Positions 53,175-63,215 of a stretch of DNA of 64,000 bases are shown piece after piece. Each line of letters opens with the position of its first letter. Positions within the stretch are counted from its first letter, which is position 1. Origin of the DNA: an uncultured archaeon (GTDB taxonomy: Archaea; Asgardarchaeota; Lokiarchaeia; Sigyniarchaeales; SOKP01); assembly GCA_964486045.1 (NCBI GenBank), contig CAZALK010000020.1, positions 1 through 64,000 of the forward strand, in the 5' to 3' direction. The position numbers were made by a program, and so were the translations under genes. The notes beneath the pieces were generated by a model. It was given only the letters and a program-made list of their open reading frames with translations, did not search any database and was not told the DNA's origin.

Positions 53175-54149
53175 TTATTTATAGAGGATCTCTTTCAATA
53201 TTTTTGCGAAAGCTTCAAAGTCTTCTTTGTTAAAAACAGGATTATCTTTTAATAGAAGTAAGTAATAGGGTGTGGACTCTTTTCGTAACGAAATCTGTTT
53301 AAACATGAAATTTTTCCCATATCTTTGTACAATCATTCTTTCCTCGTACTTTTTCTCCAAAACGCTTGTGGATTGAAAGGAATCATGAAGAGTGAGAAAA
53401 TATGGGGTTGAAGCGGTGAGTAGGTGCCGAGTCTCATCATCCTTATAATAAGATCCAATTATTAGTGAATTGTCGTCAATTACTACTACCCCACCGGAAT
53501 CTACCTTTTTAGCAAATTCTACAATTGTTTTTTCAATTAATTCAGATTTTGGATAGAGACTTAAAAGGATTTCAGACATGGCTGCTATTATTGATGAGAA
53601 TTCATAAATGGAGGTTTCATAGAAATAAATTTCCTTATAATCTGTAGCGTTTCTTATTAGTTCCTTTAAATCTATTATAAGATTTTCCATTTCATTTAAG
53701 GCACCCCTCTTTAAAGCAGGATCATATTTATGAAGGAAAACATAGATTGGTGGTTCAATTTCCAATTTGTTAAACTGCTCAATAACATCTTTAAAATAAC
53801 TTATTGCTTCAGGTATTCGCGGTTTATTCTGGATATCAATAACATAGATGGCAATTTCAGTTCCATCAAAGTATTTATTTGGCTTTTTTAAATAGGAGAT
53901 CCTATAGCTAACCTGCCCGCCTAAATCCCATTCACTTATCTCTTTTCCTAGAAAATCGAATATTCTCCTTTGCGCTCCTCTCGTAGGAGATAATACAGCA
54001 ATTTTTGAGAATTCTCTTTGGAGAGATAAAATTATGCTTGTCTTGCCTGCATCATCTAGCCCCGTAAATAAAATCTTTGAAGATTCGGGTTCAGCTTCTA
54101 GATCATCTTTTTTTAAATACAAGATTGATTGTTTAAGATTTTTCTCCAT
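53175..54149 (-). CDS. Rag (Gtr1/RagA)-like small GTPase with C-terminal roadblock domain
   Basis: GLDDAGKT, PTRG, WDLGGQ, HKYD, TSIYE; C-terminal VVVIDDNSLIIGSY. Confidence 0.88.
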   Translation of the reverse strand: MEKNLKQSILYLKKDDLEAEPESSKILFTGLDDAGKTSIILSLQREFSKIAVLSPTRGAQRRIFDFLGKEISEWDLGGQVSYRISYLKKPNKYFDGTEIAIYVIDIQNKPRIPEAISYFKDVIEQFNKLEIEPPIYVFLHKYDPALKRGALNEMENLIIDLKELIRNATDYKEIYFYETSIYEFSSIIAAMSEILLSLYPKSELIEKTIVEFAKKVDSGGVVVIDDNSLIIGSYYKDDETRHLLTASTPYFLTLHDSFQSTSVLEKKYEERMIVQRYGKNFMFKQISLRKESTPYYLLLLKDNPVFNKEDFEAFAKILKEILYK

Positions 54150-54243
54150 AATTCAATTTCACCTATAATCTTATAATTAGAAATTTACAAATATATTCTT
54201 TATCAAAATACAAAATTATATTATTGTTTATTTAGATTACGGA

Positions 54244-55599
54244 TTAAAATTTGTTTTGGAAAAATAATTTGAAATCCTGATAATTTCTAATTTCTACCGG
54301 ACTTGGGATCTCTTTGTTATTTTGGATAATATTCAACGAATTTGGTATTTTTGGTGTGATTTTAATTAATGAGATAATCTCGTTAGGGAACTTTGCAGGA
54401 TCTGCCGTTTCGAAAATTATACCCTTGCATTTTGCATCTAAAGTATAATTATTTCTGTAAATATCTAAAGATGCCCATCCAACAGCCCCATGAGGTTCGA
54501 TGATCCTGTGATATCTTTTGTAAAAATTTATAATTGTCTGTTTTGTTAACTTATCATTTATTGAATATGACACGATTTCACGTCTAATTTTGCCTAAATT
54601 TGGATATTTTTGCATTACACCAGTCTCATCAATCTGACCGTTATACAAATCTATAATTCGTGCAAAGTTCGAAGGGTGGCCAACGTTCATAGCATTACTA
54701 ATACAATTTTTTGAAGGTTCTACTTTTTCATATATACCTGTTTCTAAAAATCTTGGAAATTCGTTGTTCTCATTTACTGCTGAGATAAATTTTCGTACAG
54801 GTAAACCCATTTTATATGCTATTAATCCACCCATAAGATTTCCAAAGTTCCCAGAAGGCACTGAAAAAATAACTTTCTCATCAGTTTCTTCAATAACACG
54901 GGAATAACTATAGAAATAATAAATAGCTTGAGGGATTAATCTCCCAATATTTATTGAATTCGCTGAAGAGAGCCCAGAGTCTTTTAAATCAGGATCAGCA
55001 AAAGCAGATTTGACTATACTTTGACAATCATCAAATTTCCCATTAATCCCAATTGCTGTTATGTTCTTTCCAAGTGTGCTCATTTGTTTTCTTTGTAAAT
55101 CACTTATTTCATTTCTAGGGAATAAGACGATAACTTTTATTCTTTTAACATCAAAAAATGCTTGAGCTACAGCTCCACCAGTGTCTCCTGATGTTGCAGT
55201 AAGAATCACACTTTTCTTATCTTCAATTTCAAGAAAATATTCCATAATTTTTGCGAGTGTTCGAGCCCCAAAATCTTTAAAACTCGCGGTTGGACCTTGG
55301 TCTAGATAACAGACATAATCATTTTCGCGAATTTTTTCAATGGGCACTAAAAAATTAAGAGCATCTTTTAAAATTTTCTTGAGGTCATTATTAGGTATAC
55401 AGCCACCTATAATTTCAGAAATAACCTCAAATCCAACATCATTTATCTTCAAATTTTTAAAGTTATTGATAATTTCCATAGATAATTTAGGAATTTTATT
55501 CAGCATATATAATCCTTTATCTAACGCTTGCCCTCTTAGTACCGCTGTTTTAAAATCAACATCCGGGGTTCTATAATTTGTGGAATGATATTTTATCAT
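54244..55599 (-). CDS. thrC: Threonine synthase (E. coli/fungal-type)
   Basis: GPTASFKDFGAR, TATSGDTG, SANSINIGR, SVPSGNFGN, TADPAKF. Confidence 0.95.
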   Translation of the reverse strand: MIKYHSTNYRTPDVDFKTAVLRGQALDKGLYMLNKIPKLSMEIINNFKNLKINDVGFEVISEIIGGCIPNNDLKKILKDALNFLVPIEKIRENDYVCYLDQGPTASFKDFGARTLAKIMEYFLEIEDKKSVILTATSGDTGGAVAQAFFDVKRIKVIVLFPRNEISDLQRKQMSTLGKNITAIGINGKFDDCQSIVKSAFADPDLKDSGLSSANSINIGRLIPQAIYYFYSYSRVIEETDEKVIFSVPSGNFGNLMGGLIAYKMGLPVRKFISAVNENNEFPRFLETGIYEKVEPSKNCISNAMNVGHPSNFARIIDLYNGQIDETGVMQKYPNLGKIRREIVSYSINDKLTKQTIINFYKRYHRIIEPHGAVGWASLDIYRNNYTLDAKCKGIIFETADPAKFPNEIISLIKITPKIPNSLNIIQNNKEIPSPVEIRNYQDFKLFFQNKF

Positions 55600-55766
55600 A
55601 GATTTTTCAAAACAATTTCAATCGTTATAATAAAATCAATCAACGCTCAAAAATTAAATACTTATGACTTATCTTTAAAATTTTTTGAAGACAATTTTAA
55701 TTCCTTAAAATAGTTTAATACATAATAATGATTCATATCTCTGAAAACCATTGAGGTGACAATAAT

Positions 55767-56516
55767 ATGAATAATGAAGATAAAGAGAAAACCTATGGGA
55801 TTGAAGAAATATATGAAATGCTTGATAAAAAATTGAATCATGAAGAAATTTACAATTATATTGAAACAGGTATATTAGAGGGACAGATGGTTGATGATAA
55901 ATGGCAGATGACTCAAAAATCTATAAATAGTTTTATGAAAACTTTAGCTGAAGAAAGAGCATATATGGTTGGACCTTTTACACTGGATATTTCAGATATT
56001 AAATTAGAAGGTAGGATTCTAGACATAGGAGGAGGTGGAGAAGGGATTATAGGACAATTTAAGAAAGAACAAGTAATCGCAATTGATAAAAAAAAGAACG
56101 AGTTAGAAGGAGCACCTAAAAGTGGTGACTTAAAAATAATTATGGATGCGAAAGACTTGAAATTCTTAGATAATACATTTGATACTGTTACCGCGTTTTT
56201 TTCGATGATGTACGTTCCTTTTAGTGATCACATTCTAATTTTTCAAGAAATTTGTAGAGTGTTAAAAATAGATGGGGAATTTTTACTCTGGGATGTTAAT
56301 ATCCCTAAGAGGACAAATAAATCAAAAGATATTTATGGGGTGACCCTAAAGGTTAAAATTCCTGAAAAAATGATAGAAACGGGTTATGGTGTATTTTGGG
56401 TTAGAAAAAAAGATGTAGATTATTACAAACAGGTTGCTACAAATACTGGATTTAAGATTTTAGAGCAAAAAGTAGAAAATCAAATATTCTTCTTACGATT
56501 CAAGAAAGAGATATAA
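55767..56516 (+). CDS. Excisionase-like HTH fused to a class I SAM methyltransferase
   Basis: N-terminal YGIEEIYEML...YIETGILEG...KW; ILDIGGGGEG, FDTVTAFF. Confidence 0.75.
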   Translation: MNNEDKEKTYGIEEIYEMLDKKLNHEEIYNYIETGILEGQMVDDKWQMTQKSINSFMKTLAEERAYMVGPFTLDISDIKLEGRILDIGGGGEGIIGQFKKEQVIAIDKKKNELEGAPKSGDLKIIMDAKDLKFLDNTFDTVTAFFSMMYVPFSDHILIFQEICRVLKIDGEFLLWDVNIPKRTNKSKDIYGVTLKVKIPEKMIETGYGVFWVRKKDVDYYKQVATNTGFKILEQKVENQIFFLRFKKEI

Positions 56517-56565
56517 TAATTAAGTTGAAATTATGACAAATTCTACCATTAATCAAACGGGTGTC

Positions 56566-57090
56566 TTATAAAGATTCTGCTAGCTCGTTAATTTTAACTA
56601 GTACTTCTTCTGGAGTGCTTACTCCATAGACAATATCATTTCTCCTATCATCTATTTTTTGATTGGCAATTTTAGAAGACCACCCTTCAACACTTGACAA
56701 AGCAACAATAGGTTTATTGTATATCCATGCGAAACTAATTTCAGATAAGGTTCCTGCCTTACCACTAATAGCTAAACATATATCTCCCGTGAGAACAACT
56801 ACTATATTTCTCGCTTGAGAAAAGGGACATGGAATTACAATATCTACATATTTATTAGCACGATCTTTTTCCTTGTATGGTATAATTCCAATGGTTAATC
56901 CATTATTTTCTTTGACACCTTTACAAATAGCCTTCATTACTCCAGATAACCCACCACAAGCTACAGCGTAGTTATTTTTTGCGAGTAATCTCCCAATTTC
57001 AATTGTTTTATCCTCTATTTCTTTACTGATTTCGCTTGCTCCAATAACAGATATTACTGCTTTATAATTATCTTTAAAATTAAATTTCAG
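56566..57090 (-). CDS. LOG-like nucleotide-binding protein (TIGR00725-type), CTG or ATT start
   Basis: Upstream in-frame ISVIGAS...CGGLSGVM; ARN, GKAGTLSE; SD GGAGG upstream of CTG 57090. Confidence 0.85.
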   Translation of the reverse strand: MKFNFKDNYKAVISVIGASEISKEIEDKTIEIGRLLAKNNYAVACGGLSGVMKAICKGVKENNGLTIGIIPYKEKDRANKYVDIVIPCPFSQARNIVVVLTGDICLAISGKAGTLSEISFAWIYNKPIVALSSVEGWSSKIANQKIDDRRNDIVYGVSTPEEVLVKINELAESL

Positions 57091-57128
57091 CTTAATTATC
57101 CCTCCGTTTATTGTAATTAAAAGAATTT

Positions 57129-58142
57129 TTAAGACATGGTTTGTCTTTTTATCCCAATGTTAACTAAATCATTTATAATTGCTGATGCTGCCTCAAAACC
57201 ACCTGCTCCTCTCCCTATTAAGATTATTGGTCCTGCGTATTTAGTTTGTAATTCGATTACATTTAAAGTTCCATTTATATTTAATGGGGAAGACTTGTCA
57301 ATTAACATTGGTTTAACAATAAGTTTATTTGATTCTGCCATCGCTAAATGTTTTATTACATAACCCTCTGATTTTGCAAGATCTATTGCCTGAGGTGTTA
57401 TTTTTGAAATGCCTTCAATTTTAACATCAGTTATGCTTTTTGAATAATCCAGTAAATCATTAGCTATTATTACCAATTTGCCTGCCGCATCATACCCCTC
57501 AATATCTAACGTCGGATCTGTTTCAGCATATCCCAATTCCTGTGCTTCACTCAATGCAAAAGCAAAATTAACACTTTCTGCAGTCATTCTACTCAAAATA
57601 TAGTTATTCGTCCCATTAAGGATAGCCTTGATGCTTAAGATTTCATTTCCAATTAAATTCTCTCTTATACCTAAAGTTGGAACAGAACTAGCTACCGTAG
57701 CTTCATATTTTAAACTACAATTATTTTCTTTAGCTATGTTCTTAATTTTTTCATATTCTAAGTAGAAAGGACCTTTATTTGAAGAAATCACATCTATATG
57801 GTTCTTTAAAGCTTCAATGATGTGAGTAAGCCCAGGTTCACCCGTTTTGTGATTAGTGGGTGTGGTTTCGATACAAACATCAATTTTTAGTTTTGAAATT
57901 AAATCAATTGGCGTTACACCATTTTTCCAGTTTGGCAAATTTTTGATGTCTTTCTTGTTATTAAGTAACTCCTTTAAGCCAATTCCATCTTCTTTAATTA
58001 AAGCTCCATCAATCTCAAATATTGAGTTCACATTAAATTTTAAATCAAATTTTCGTTCAAAAAATTCTTCTTTTTCATACAATAATTGAAGAAAACTAGT
58101 ACCTACGACACCCATTCCAATTAAACAAATTTTAATGTCCAT
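57129..58142 (-). CDS. hom: Homoserine dehydrogenase
   Basis: GMGVVG, SNKGP, YEATV, ILNGTNNYIL, AQELGYAETDPTLDIEGYDAAGK, GRGAG. Confidence 0.95.
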   Translation of the reverse strand: MDIKICLIGMGVVGTSFLQLLYEKEEFFERKFDLKFNVNSIFEIDGALIKEDGIGLKELLNNKKDIKNLPNWKNGVTPIDLISKLKIDVCIETTPTNHKTGEPGLTHIIEALKNHIDVISSNKGPFYLEYEKIKNIAKENNCSLKYEATVASSVPTLGIRENLIGNEILSIKAILNGTNNYILSRMTAESVNFAFALSEAQELGYAETDPTLDIEGYDAAGKLVIIANDLLDYSKSITDVKIEGISKITPQAIDLAKSEGYVIKHLAMAESNKLIVKPMLIDKSSPLNINGTLNVIELQTKYAGPIILIGRGAGGFEAASAIINDLVNIGIKRQTMS

Positions 58143-58241
58143 TTGCCTCAGGAGATCTTTTTTATTCTAAGATTTAGTTGATAAATTAAATTAGTCGGCT
58201 ACCATACAATTACCACGTTAATTATAAGAAATTAATTCCTT

Positions 58242-58733
58242 CTAATTCGTTATGAGAAATAATTCTTTTTCATCACAAATCATTCTAATTTCATTTACTA
58301 TCTCATTTTTTGTAGTTCCTTCAGAAAATTCAATTTTAAGTTTTACATTACTAACTTCTTCAAATTCCGTAAAAACTGCATGCAATTCTAGCACTCTAAT
58401 ACTTTTAGAAGCCAATCTTTGTAATGTATCTAGAATATCTGTACCAAAAACATGTCCAGTTAAGAGAACAATTATACCCTTTCTTTCTATCCCATAACTA
58501 ACATTCTCAATTTGAATATTCTTTTCTTTTAACTCCAATTTAATATTTTGCATACTTATTTCTTTTATATCTTCAATCAGCTCAAAATTGATATTGACAG
58601 GTATCATATTATTTATCTTCCTATCATGGAAGTGCAATATGCCATAAATGTTCCCCCCATTCTGCGAAATTGGCTTTATTAATTCTATTAAACTTCCTGG
58701 AGTATCAGGGATCTTTACTTCTAAATTTATCAT
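58242..58733 (-). CDS. Tandem ACT-domain protein (archaeal homoserine dehydrogenase regulator type)
   Basis: DTPGSLIELIKPISQNGGNI, LTGHVF; directly upstream of hom. Confidence 0.85.
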   Translation of the reverse strand: MINLEVKIPDTPGSLIELIKPISQNGGNIYGILHFHDRKINNMIPVNINFELIEDIKEISMQNIKLELKEKNIQIENVSYGIERKGIIVLLTGHVFGTDILDTLQRLASKSIRVLELHAVFTEFEEVSNVKLKIEFSEGTTKNEIVNEIRMICDEKELFLITN

Positions 58734-58788
58734 AATTTAATCATTTCAAATTTTATTTTTTTTGCAGTTATATTGAATATGCTACTTC

Positions 58789-59751
58789 TTAAAATCTAAT
58801 AACTTCTACAGATTCAGTTCCATCGTTTATCTTCAAAAGATTTGGATCATTAATAATTTTACCTATTAAATTCGCATCTAACCCATATTCTTGAAAAATC
58901 TGTATCAATTCATTTGTTTTATGTACTGGAGCAGTTAATATGAATGAAGTAGTGAGATACATTTGAATAAATGTTTGTAGATCATAATTTTCATCTAATA
59001 ATACTGGTGGTATTTTGATTTTTGTAATATCCACATTAGCACCTACATTTGAATATTTTACCATTTGTAATATCGTTCCAAAAATTCCGCCATTAGATAC
59101 ATCCTTTGATGAGTTAGCTAAATTCTTTTTTGCAATAGCATTCATAGCTTTTCTTTTCTGTAATACATGTTCAGATAATTTAAAAGTAGTTGTGTCATAA
59201 TAAAGATTACTTGCTGTGCTTACTCTTCCATCAAAATCAACAGCTAAGATTATATCATCTCCTACTTGGGCGTTTCCAGCAGAGATATAATCTTCCTTCT
59301 GAATTTCACCAATCATGGTAGAACTTAATTCATAACATTTCCCATGTATATTTGTATGACCTCTTATAATTGGAACTCTAAATTTATTAGATCCCTCACA
59401 TATCCCCTTTAGAATTTCTTCACATGATTCAGGATCCTTTACAGAAATTATTATACTTGCTGCGAGTGGGGTACCACCACATGCATAAATATCATCAACA
59501 CTGACTAAAATAGAACTATACCCTGCTCCGCGCCCAAAATTCTCGATAAAAGATGTTTTTATCCTATCGGTTGTTACAAGTATATATTTTTCGTTATTTT
59601 TTATCGCTGCCGCGTCTTCTCCGATGTCTAAATAGATATCTGTACTTTTAAAAGAATTTTTATCAATATACTGAATTATCGGGGTAATTTCTTTCTTTTC
59701 AATAATATTTTTATTGGTTTTAATGGTTTCAGCAATCTTTTTAAGTATCAT
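58789..59751 (-). CDS. AIR synthase (PurM/ThiL)-related protein
   Basis: GEDAAAI, VDDIYACGGTP, RGHT, SKDVSNGGIFGT. Confidence 0.85.
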   Translation of the reverse strand: MILKKIAETIKTNKNIIEKKEITPIIQYIDKNSFKSTDIYLDIGEDAAAIKNNEKYILVTTDRIKTSFIENFGRGAGYSSILVSVDDIYACGGTPLAASIIISVKDPESCEEILKGICEGSNKFRVPIIRGHTNIHGKCYELSSTMIGEIQKEDYISAGNAQVGDDIILAVDFDGRVSTASNLYYDTTTFKLSEHVLQKRKAMNAIAKKNLANSSKDVSNGGIFGTILQMVKYSNVGANVDITKIKIPPVLLDENYDLQTFIQMYLTTSFILTAPVHKTNELIQIFQEYGLDANLIGKIINDPNLLKINDGTESVEVIRF

Positions 59752-59846
59752 TTATGAAATTAATATAAAGTTATTAATAATTAATTTTTCTTAATTTACC
59801 TAAGGAAATTTAAAATTTATAATATAAACAAAAATTATTTTATACA

Positions 59847-61346
59847 ATGGAAAGATTATTTGAATCTTCGCTAATTAAAGGATTTATATTTAGTGCCTAC
59901 GGGGAACTAGGACCACAACCCGTTTATACATGGCCTAATTATTATACCGAAAAAGAAATAAAACAAATTAAAACTGAAGAAAAGAAATCTCTAATTTTAT
60001 CATTAAGGGATGTCACTCAAATCTCAATAAAGAATCTCAGCTTATTTATAAGTGACAGAGAATTCTCACAAGAAAAAGACTTCCAAAATCTAAGATATTT
60101 CGCTATTTTACCCTATCCTGATTTTAAAGCAACATCTCTCACTTATTTTCATTATATTGAAAATGGTACTTTTGACCTACCTGTCGCCACCGCATTTTCA
60201 ATATTAGTTGAGGAATATAGAAGAAGTTTCTTATACAATAATATAAACAGAATTAAACCGATAGTATCTGAATTCTTTACTCGGTTTGATCAAAAATTAC
60301 TTGAGAATTATCCTCCTAAAGAAGAAATAGAAGAATTTTTTATTGAGTTGTTTAAACAGCTTAATGAGATTGAAAAAAATCCATCAACCCCGATCACCTC
60401 TCACCGAAAATTAAAACTTATTTTTGCAGGTTTAGATGATTCTGGTAAAACCAGCTTCCTTTTAAGTGTTGATCGTAAATATAGTAAACTTATTGGGTTA
60501 AAACCAACTACAGGAGCGAGTATCAAATCAATTGAAGCTCTAGGTGCTACAATCTTTTTGTGGGACTTAGGTGGCCAGTTGAAATTTCGAAGAAAGTATA
60601 TAGATAAGGCTGAGATTTACTTATATGAAGCTGATTTAATTTTCTATTTTATTGACGTAAGAAATGAAAGTAGATTTGAAGAAAGCATAGAATATCTTCT
60701 TAGCATAAAAAAAGTATTAGGAGATTTTAAACAAAATACTCCAATTGTCTACATATTATCAAAAGGAGATTCTGATATTATAAATACAGGAGAAATCAAA
60801 AATAATATTGAAAATGTGAAGAAAAAACTATTTGAAATTACTCCTAAAGAATCCCCTGAATTATATGTCACCAGTATCTTTCAAATTTTTACAATTCTAA
60901 GGGCATTTTCTTCTGGAATTTCAAAATTAAGCCCTAATAGAAATTTAATAAATCATAACCTTAGAAATTTCTCTCTTAAAACAAAGGCTTTTTTAACATT
61001 ACTCTTAAGTGAAGATGGTTTAGTTTTAGCAGACTTCTATTCCTCAAAAGCAAAGAAACTAACAAAGATTCCCAAATCTGAGGAACTCATAAATGTTTTT
61101 GAGGTAACTGCACCTCAATTTGCCATGCTATTTAAAATCTTCTCAAGATTCAAAGCTTTAAAAGAAGAAGAAGCGATATTTAAAGTGTCTGATTCTGTAA
61201 TCCTTTTTAAAAGGATCAAAGTTGTTGAGGAAAACATGTTCATTCTATTTCTGGTTGATAATGAGAAAAGAAAGGAAAAAATCAACATTAAATTGCCCGT
61301 TTTCTTAGAGCAAACAAAAGAGTTATTGTTAAGATATATTGCATAA
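59847..61346 (+). CDS. uDENN/longin + Rag/Arf-like GTPase + roadblock fusion, paralog of 47324-48790
   Basis: FSAYGELGPQP, YFAILPYPD; GLDDSGKT, PTTG, WDLGGQ, SKGD, TSIF; LSPNR; LLLSEDGLVLA, FEVTAP. Confidence 0.85.
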   Translation: MERLFESSLIKGFIFSAYGELGPQPVYTWPNYYTEKEIKQIKTEEKKSLILSLRDVTQISIKNLSLFISDREFSQEKDFQNLRYFAILPYPDFKATSLTYFHYIENGTFDLPVATAFSILVEEYRRSFLYNNINRIKPIVSEFFTRFDQKLLENYPPKEEIEEFFIELFKQLNEIEKNPSTPITSHRKLKLIFAGLDDSGKTSFLLSVDRKYSKLIGLKPTTGASIKSIEALGATIFLWDLGGQLKFRRKYIDKAEIYLYEADLIFYFIDVRNESRFEESIEYLLSIKKVLGDFKQNTPIVYILSKGDSDIINTGEIKNNIENVKKKLFEITPKESPELYVTSIFQIFTILRAFSSGISKLSPNRNLINHNLRNFSLKTKAFLTLLLSEDGLVLADFYSSKAKKLTKIPKSEELINVFEVTAPQFAMLFKIFSRFKALKEEEAIFKVSDSVILFKRIKVVEENMFILFLVDNEKRKEKINIKLPVFLEQTKELLLRYIA

Positions 61347-61365
61347 GTGCATTAATATACACACT

Positions 61366-62268
61366 TTAAAATAAAACTTTTAAAGGATTACTTTTTGAAA
61401 TCTCTTTTTTTAAAACTCTTTTCCTATAATAGGAATTGACCCCAGAGATCAGAGCAACCGCAGGTACCACACATTTTGCGAACTTAAGTGGACCAAATAA
61501 AATGAAATCGCTTGGTGCACATGCACAATATACCATGATAGAGGCTATACTACCACATCGTGCAACCTCTCCATATTTCTTTATAAAATCCCAACCATAA
61601 ATCACATTAGCAGGAGCACATCCTGTAGGTAATCCAAACTTATTTTTTACTAAATGAGATGTCTCAAAATTTATTGAAATTGATGGTAGATCTAACACTG
61701 CTGAATCGACCAAAATATTTTCAATTTTTGCCTTCAATGCTTTTGGAATTAATATTTCTTCTAATAATTTTAATTTCTGCATAGGAAAAAGATATCTTCT
61801 CCCAAAAGTTAACAAAATTGCGTTTCTGACCCCGATATTTTTTAATCTTTCAAGGTTTTCCTCGGTTGTCGCTTCATCTATACTGTTTAAAATAGCTCGA
61901 TCAAGCAATCCTATTTCTTTTAATCCTTCCATTGCAGGAATACGAGAAAAATCAGTTAACCCATCAACCAAAAAAGGATAATCAACAATATCAGCTACAA
62001 ATTCACACTCTTTTATGAGTGCTTTAGGGTATGCACCAACGACATCAATTATTCCCTGCATTTTTGTGTCTTCAATAATTTCAGTAAATTCATTTAATTC
62101 GTTTTCAACGAGTAGTTTATCTATTTCACCGGTTTTCTCATTTAATAGCGCATCGTGATTCCCGTAAAAAACAGTACCGATCATCGCAATAGGGTTTTGG
62201 CCAGGATTTCCCCCAATTCGATTCTTCCCTATTTGCAATACTTTCTGTTCGGTTTCGAAATTTAGCAT
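61366..62268 (-). CDS. mtrH: MtrH-family tetrahydromethanopterin methyltransferase (stand-alone)
   Basis: FETEQKV..IG..RIGGNPGQNP..IGTVFY, PFLVDG, ILNSI, GLPTGCAPAN, DFILFGP. Confidence 0.85.
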   Translation of the reverse strand: MLNFETEQKVLQIGKNRIGGNPGQNPIAMIGTVFYGNHDALLNEKTGEIDKLLVENELNEFTEIIEDTKMQGIIDVVGAYPKALIKECEFVADIVDYPFLVDGLTDFSRIPAMEGLKEIGLLDRAILNSIDEATTEENLERLKNIGVRNAILLTFGRRYLFPMQKLKLLEEILIPKALKAKIENILVDSAVLDLPSISINFETSHLVKNKFGLPTGCAPANVIYGWDFIKKYGEVARCGSIASIMVYCACAPSDFILFGPLKFAKCVVPAVALISGVNSYYRKRVLKKEISKSNPLKVLF

Positions 62269-62342
62269 AATTCATGAATTTTTCGTTGTTATTTAATATA
62301 AAGAGAAAAATGATTCTATTATTCTGCGTGAACAATTATCAT

Positions 62343-63215
62343 TTATACTTTATTTTCTGCAAATGGTTTATCCAACATTAGTAATTTAATAAAATTCGAC
62401 ACTTTATCATCGGGAATTATCAAGAATTTTCCTTTTATAGAATAACCATGAGCTTTTGCCCATGGATTCATTTTTTCAGAATAAGTCTTTTTATCCATCC
62501 GTAACACCTTTCTGATTAAATTTAACTCAACTTTTTTTAATTTAGTGACAATTTCCTTTATTTTTTTCTTTCTATTATTCTTTACTGGCTCTCCCACCAA
62601 GGTTCCAACATATATAATGCTAATTATAAACTCGGGAATATACCGATGCATTAGAAGGACAATAATCGCAGCAATAAACGAGCTTGCGGCACTGATCGAG
62701 AAGTGAATATCTACCCAAGCATATCCAATATTATATAATTGAATTTGAATCAACATTCGGATAATATTGACAACATAAAAAATAATTGATGAAATAATAA
62801 GAGCTTTAGTTTTTCTCCAAACTACATCCCTTTTTGTTTCCCTATCTTGGCTATGTGGCGTGAAAACAATCACACCTACAAAGATGACAATTGCCTGAAC
62901 GCCTGTACAAAATGTCTCAAAATAAATGGATGATTTCCCAGGAATATTAAATTTCCAATGATACAATGGTCCTGGTTCATGAACAGCTGTAGCATTCATA
63001 TTAAAAAAAAGATTTAGAAAATAAACTGTTTGCTTAACTGTAATTTCGTGTAACCAGTAATTCATCTCTAAATCGAAAAACAGATAAACCAAATAAGCAG
63101 AAATGGGTGCACCTATAGCTAATAAAATCAGAGATCTTATTGAAAAGATATATTTCTTTTCATTAAATTCGATTATTGGCTTTTTAAAATTCATTAATTC
63201 TTTAAACTTCTGCAT
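62343..63215 (-). CDS. Archaeosortase/exosortase-family membrane cysteine transpeptidase
   Basis: FETFCTG (Cys), NIIRM (Arg) and IHFS (His) in a multi-TM protein. Confidence 0.8.
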   Translation of the reverse strand: MQKFKELMNFKKPIIEFNEKKYIFSIRSLILLAIGAPISAYLVYLFFDLEMNYWLHEITVKQTVYFLNLFFNMNATAVHEPGPLYHWKFNIPGKSSIYFETFCTGVQAIVIFVGVIVFTPHSQDRETKRDVVWRKTKALIISSIIFYVVNIIRMLIQIQLYNIGYAWVDIHFSISAASSFIAAIIVLLMHRYIPEFIISIIYVGTLVGEPVKNNRKKKIKEIVTKLKKVELNLIRKVLRMDKKTYSEKMNPWAKAHGYSIKGKFLIIPDDKVSNFIKLLMLDKPFAENKV

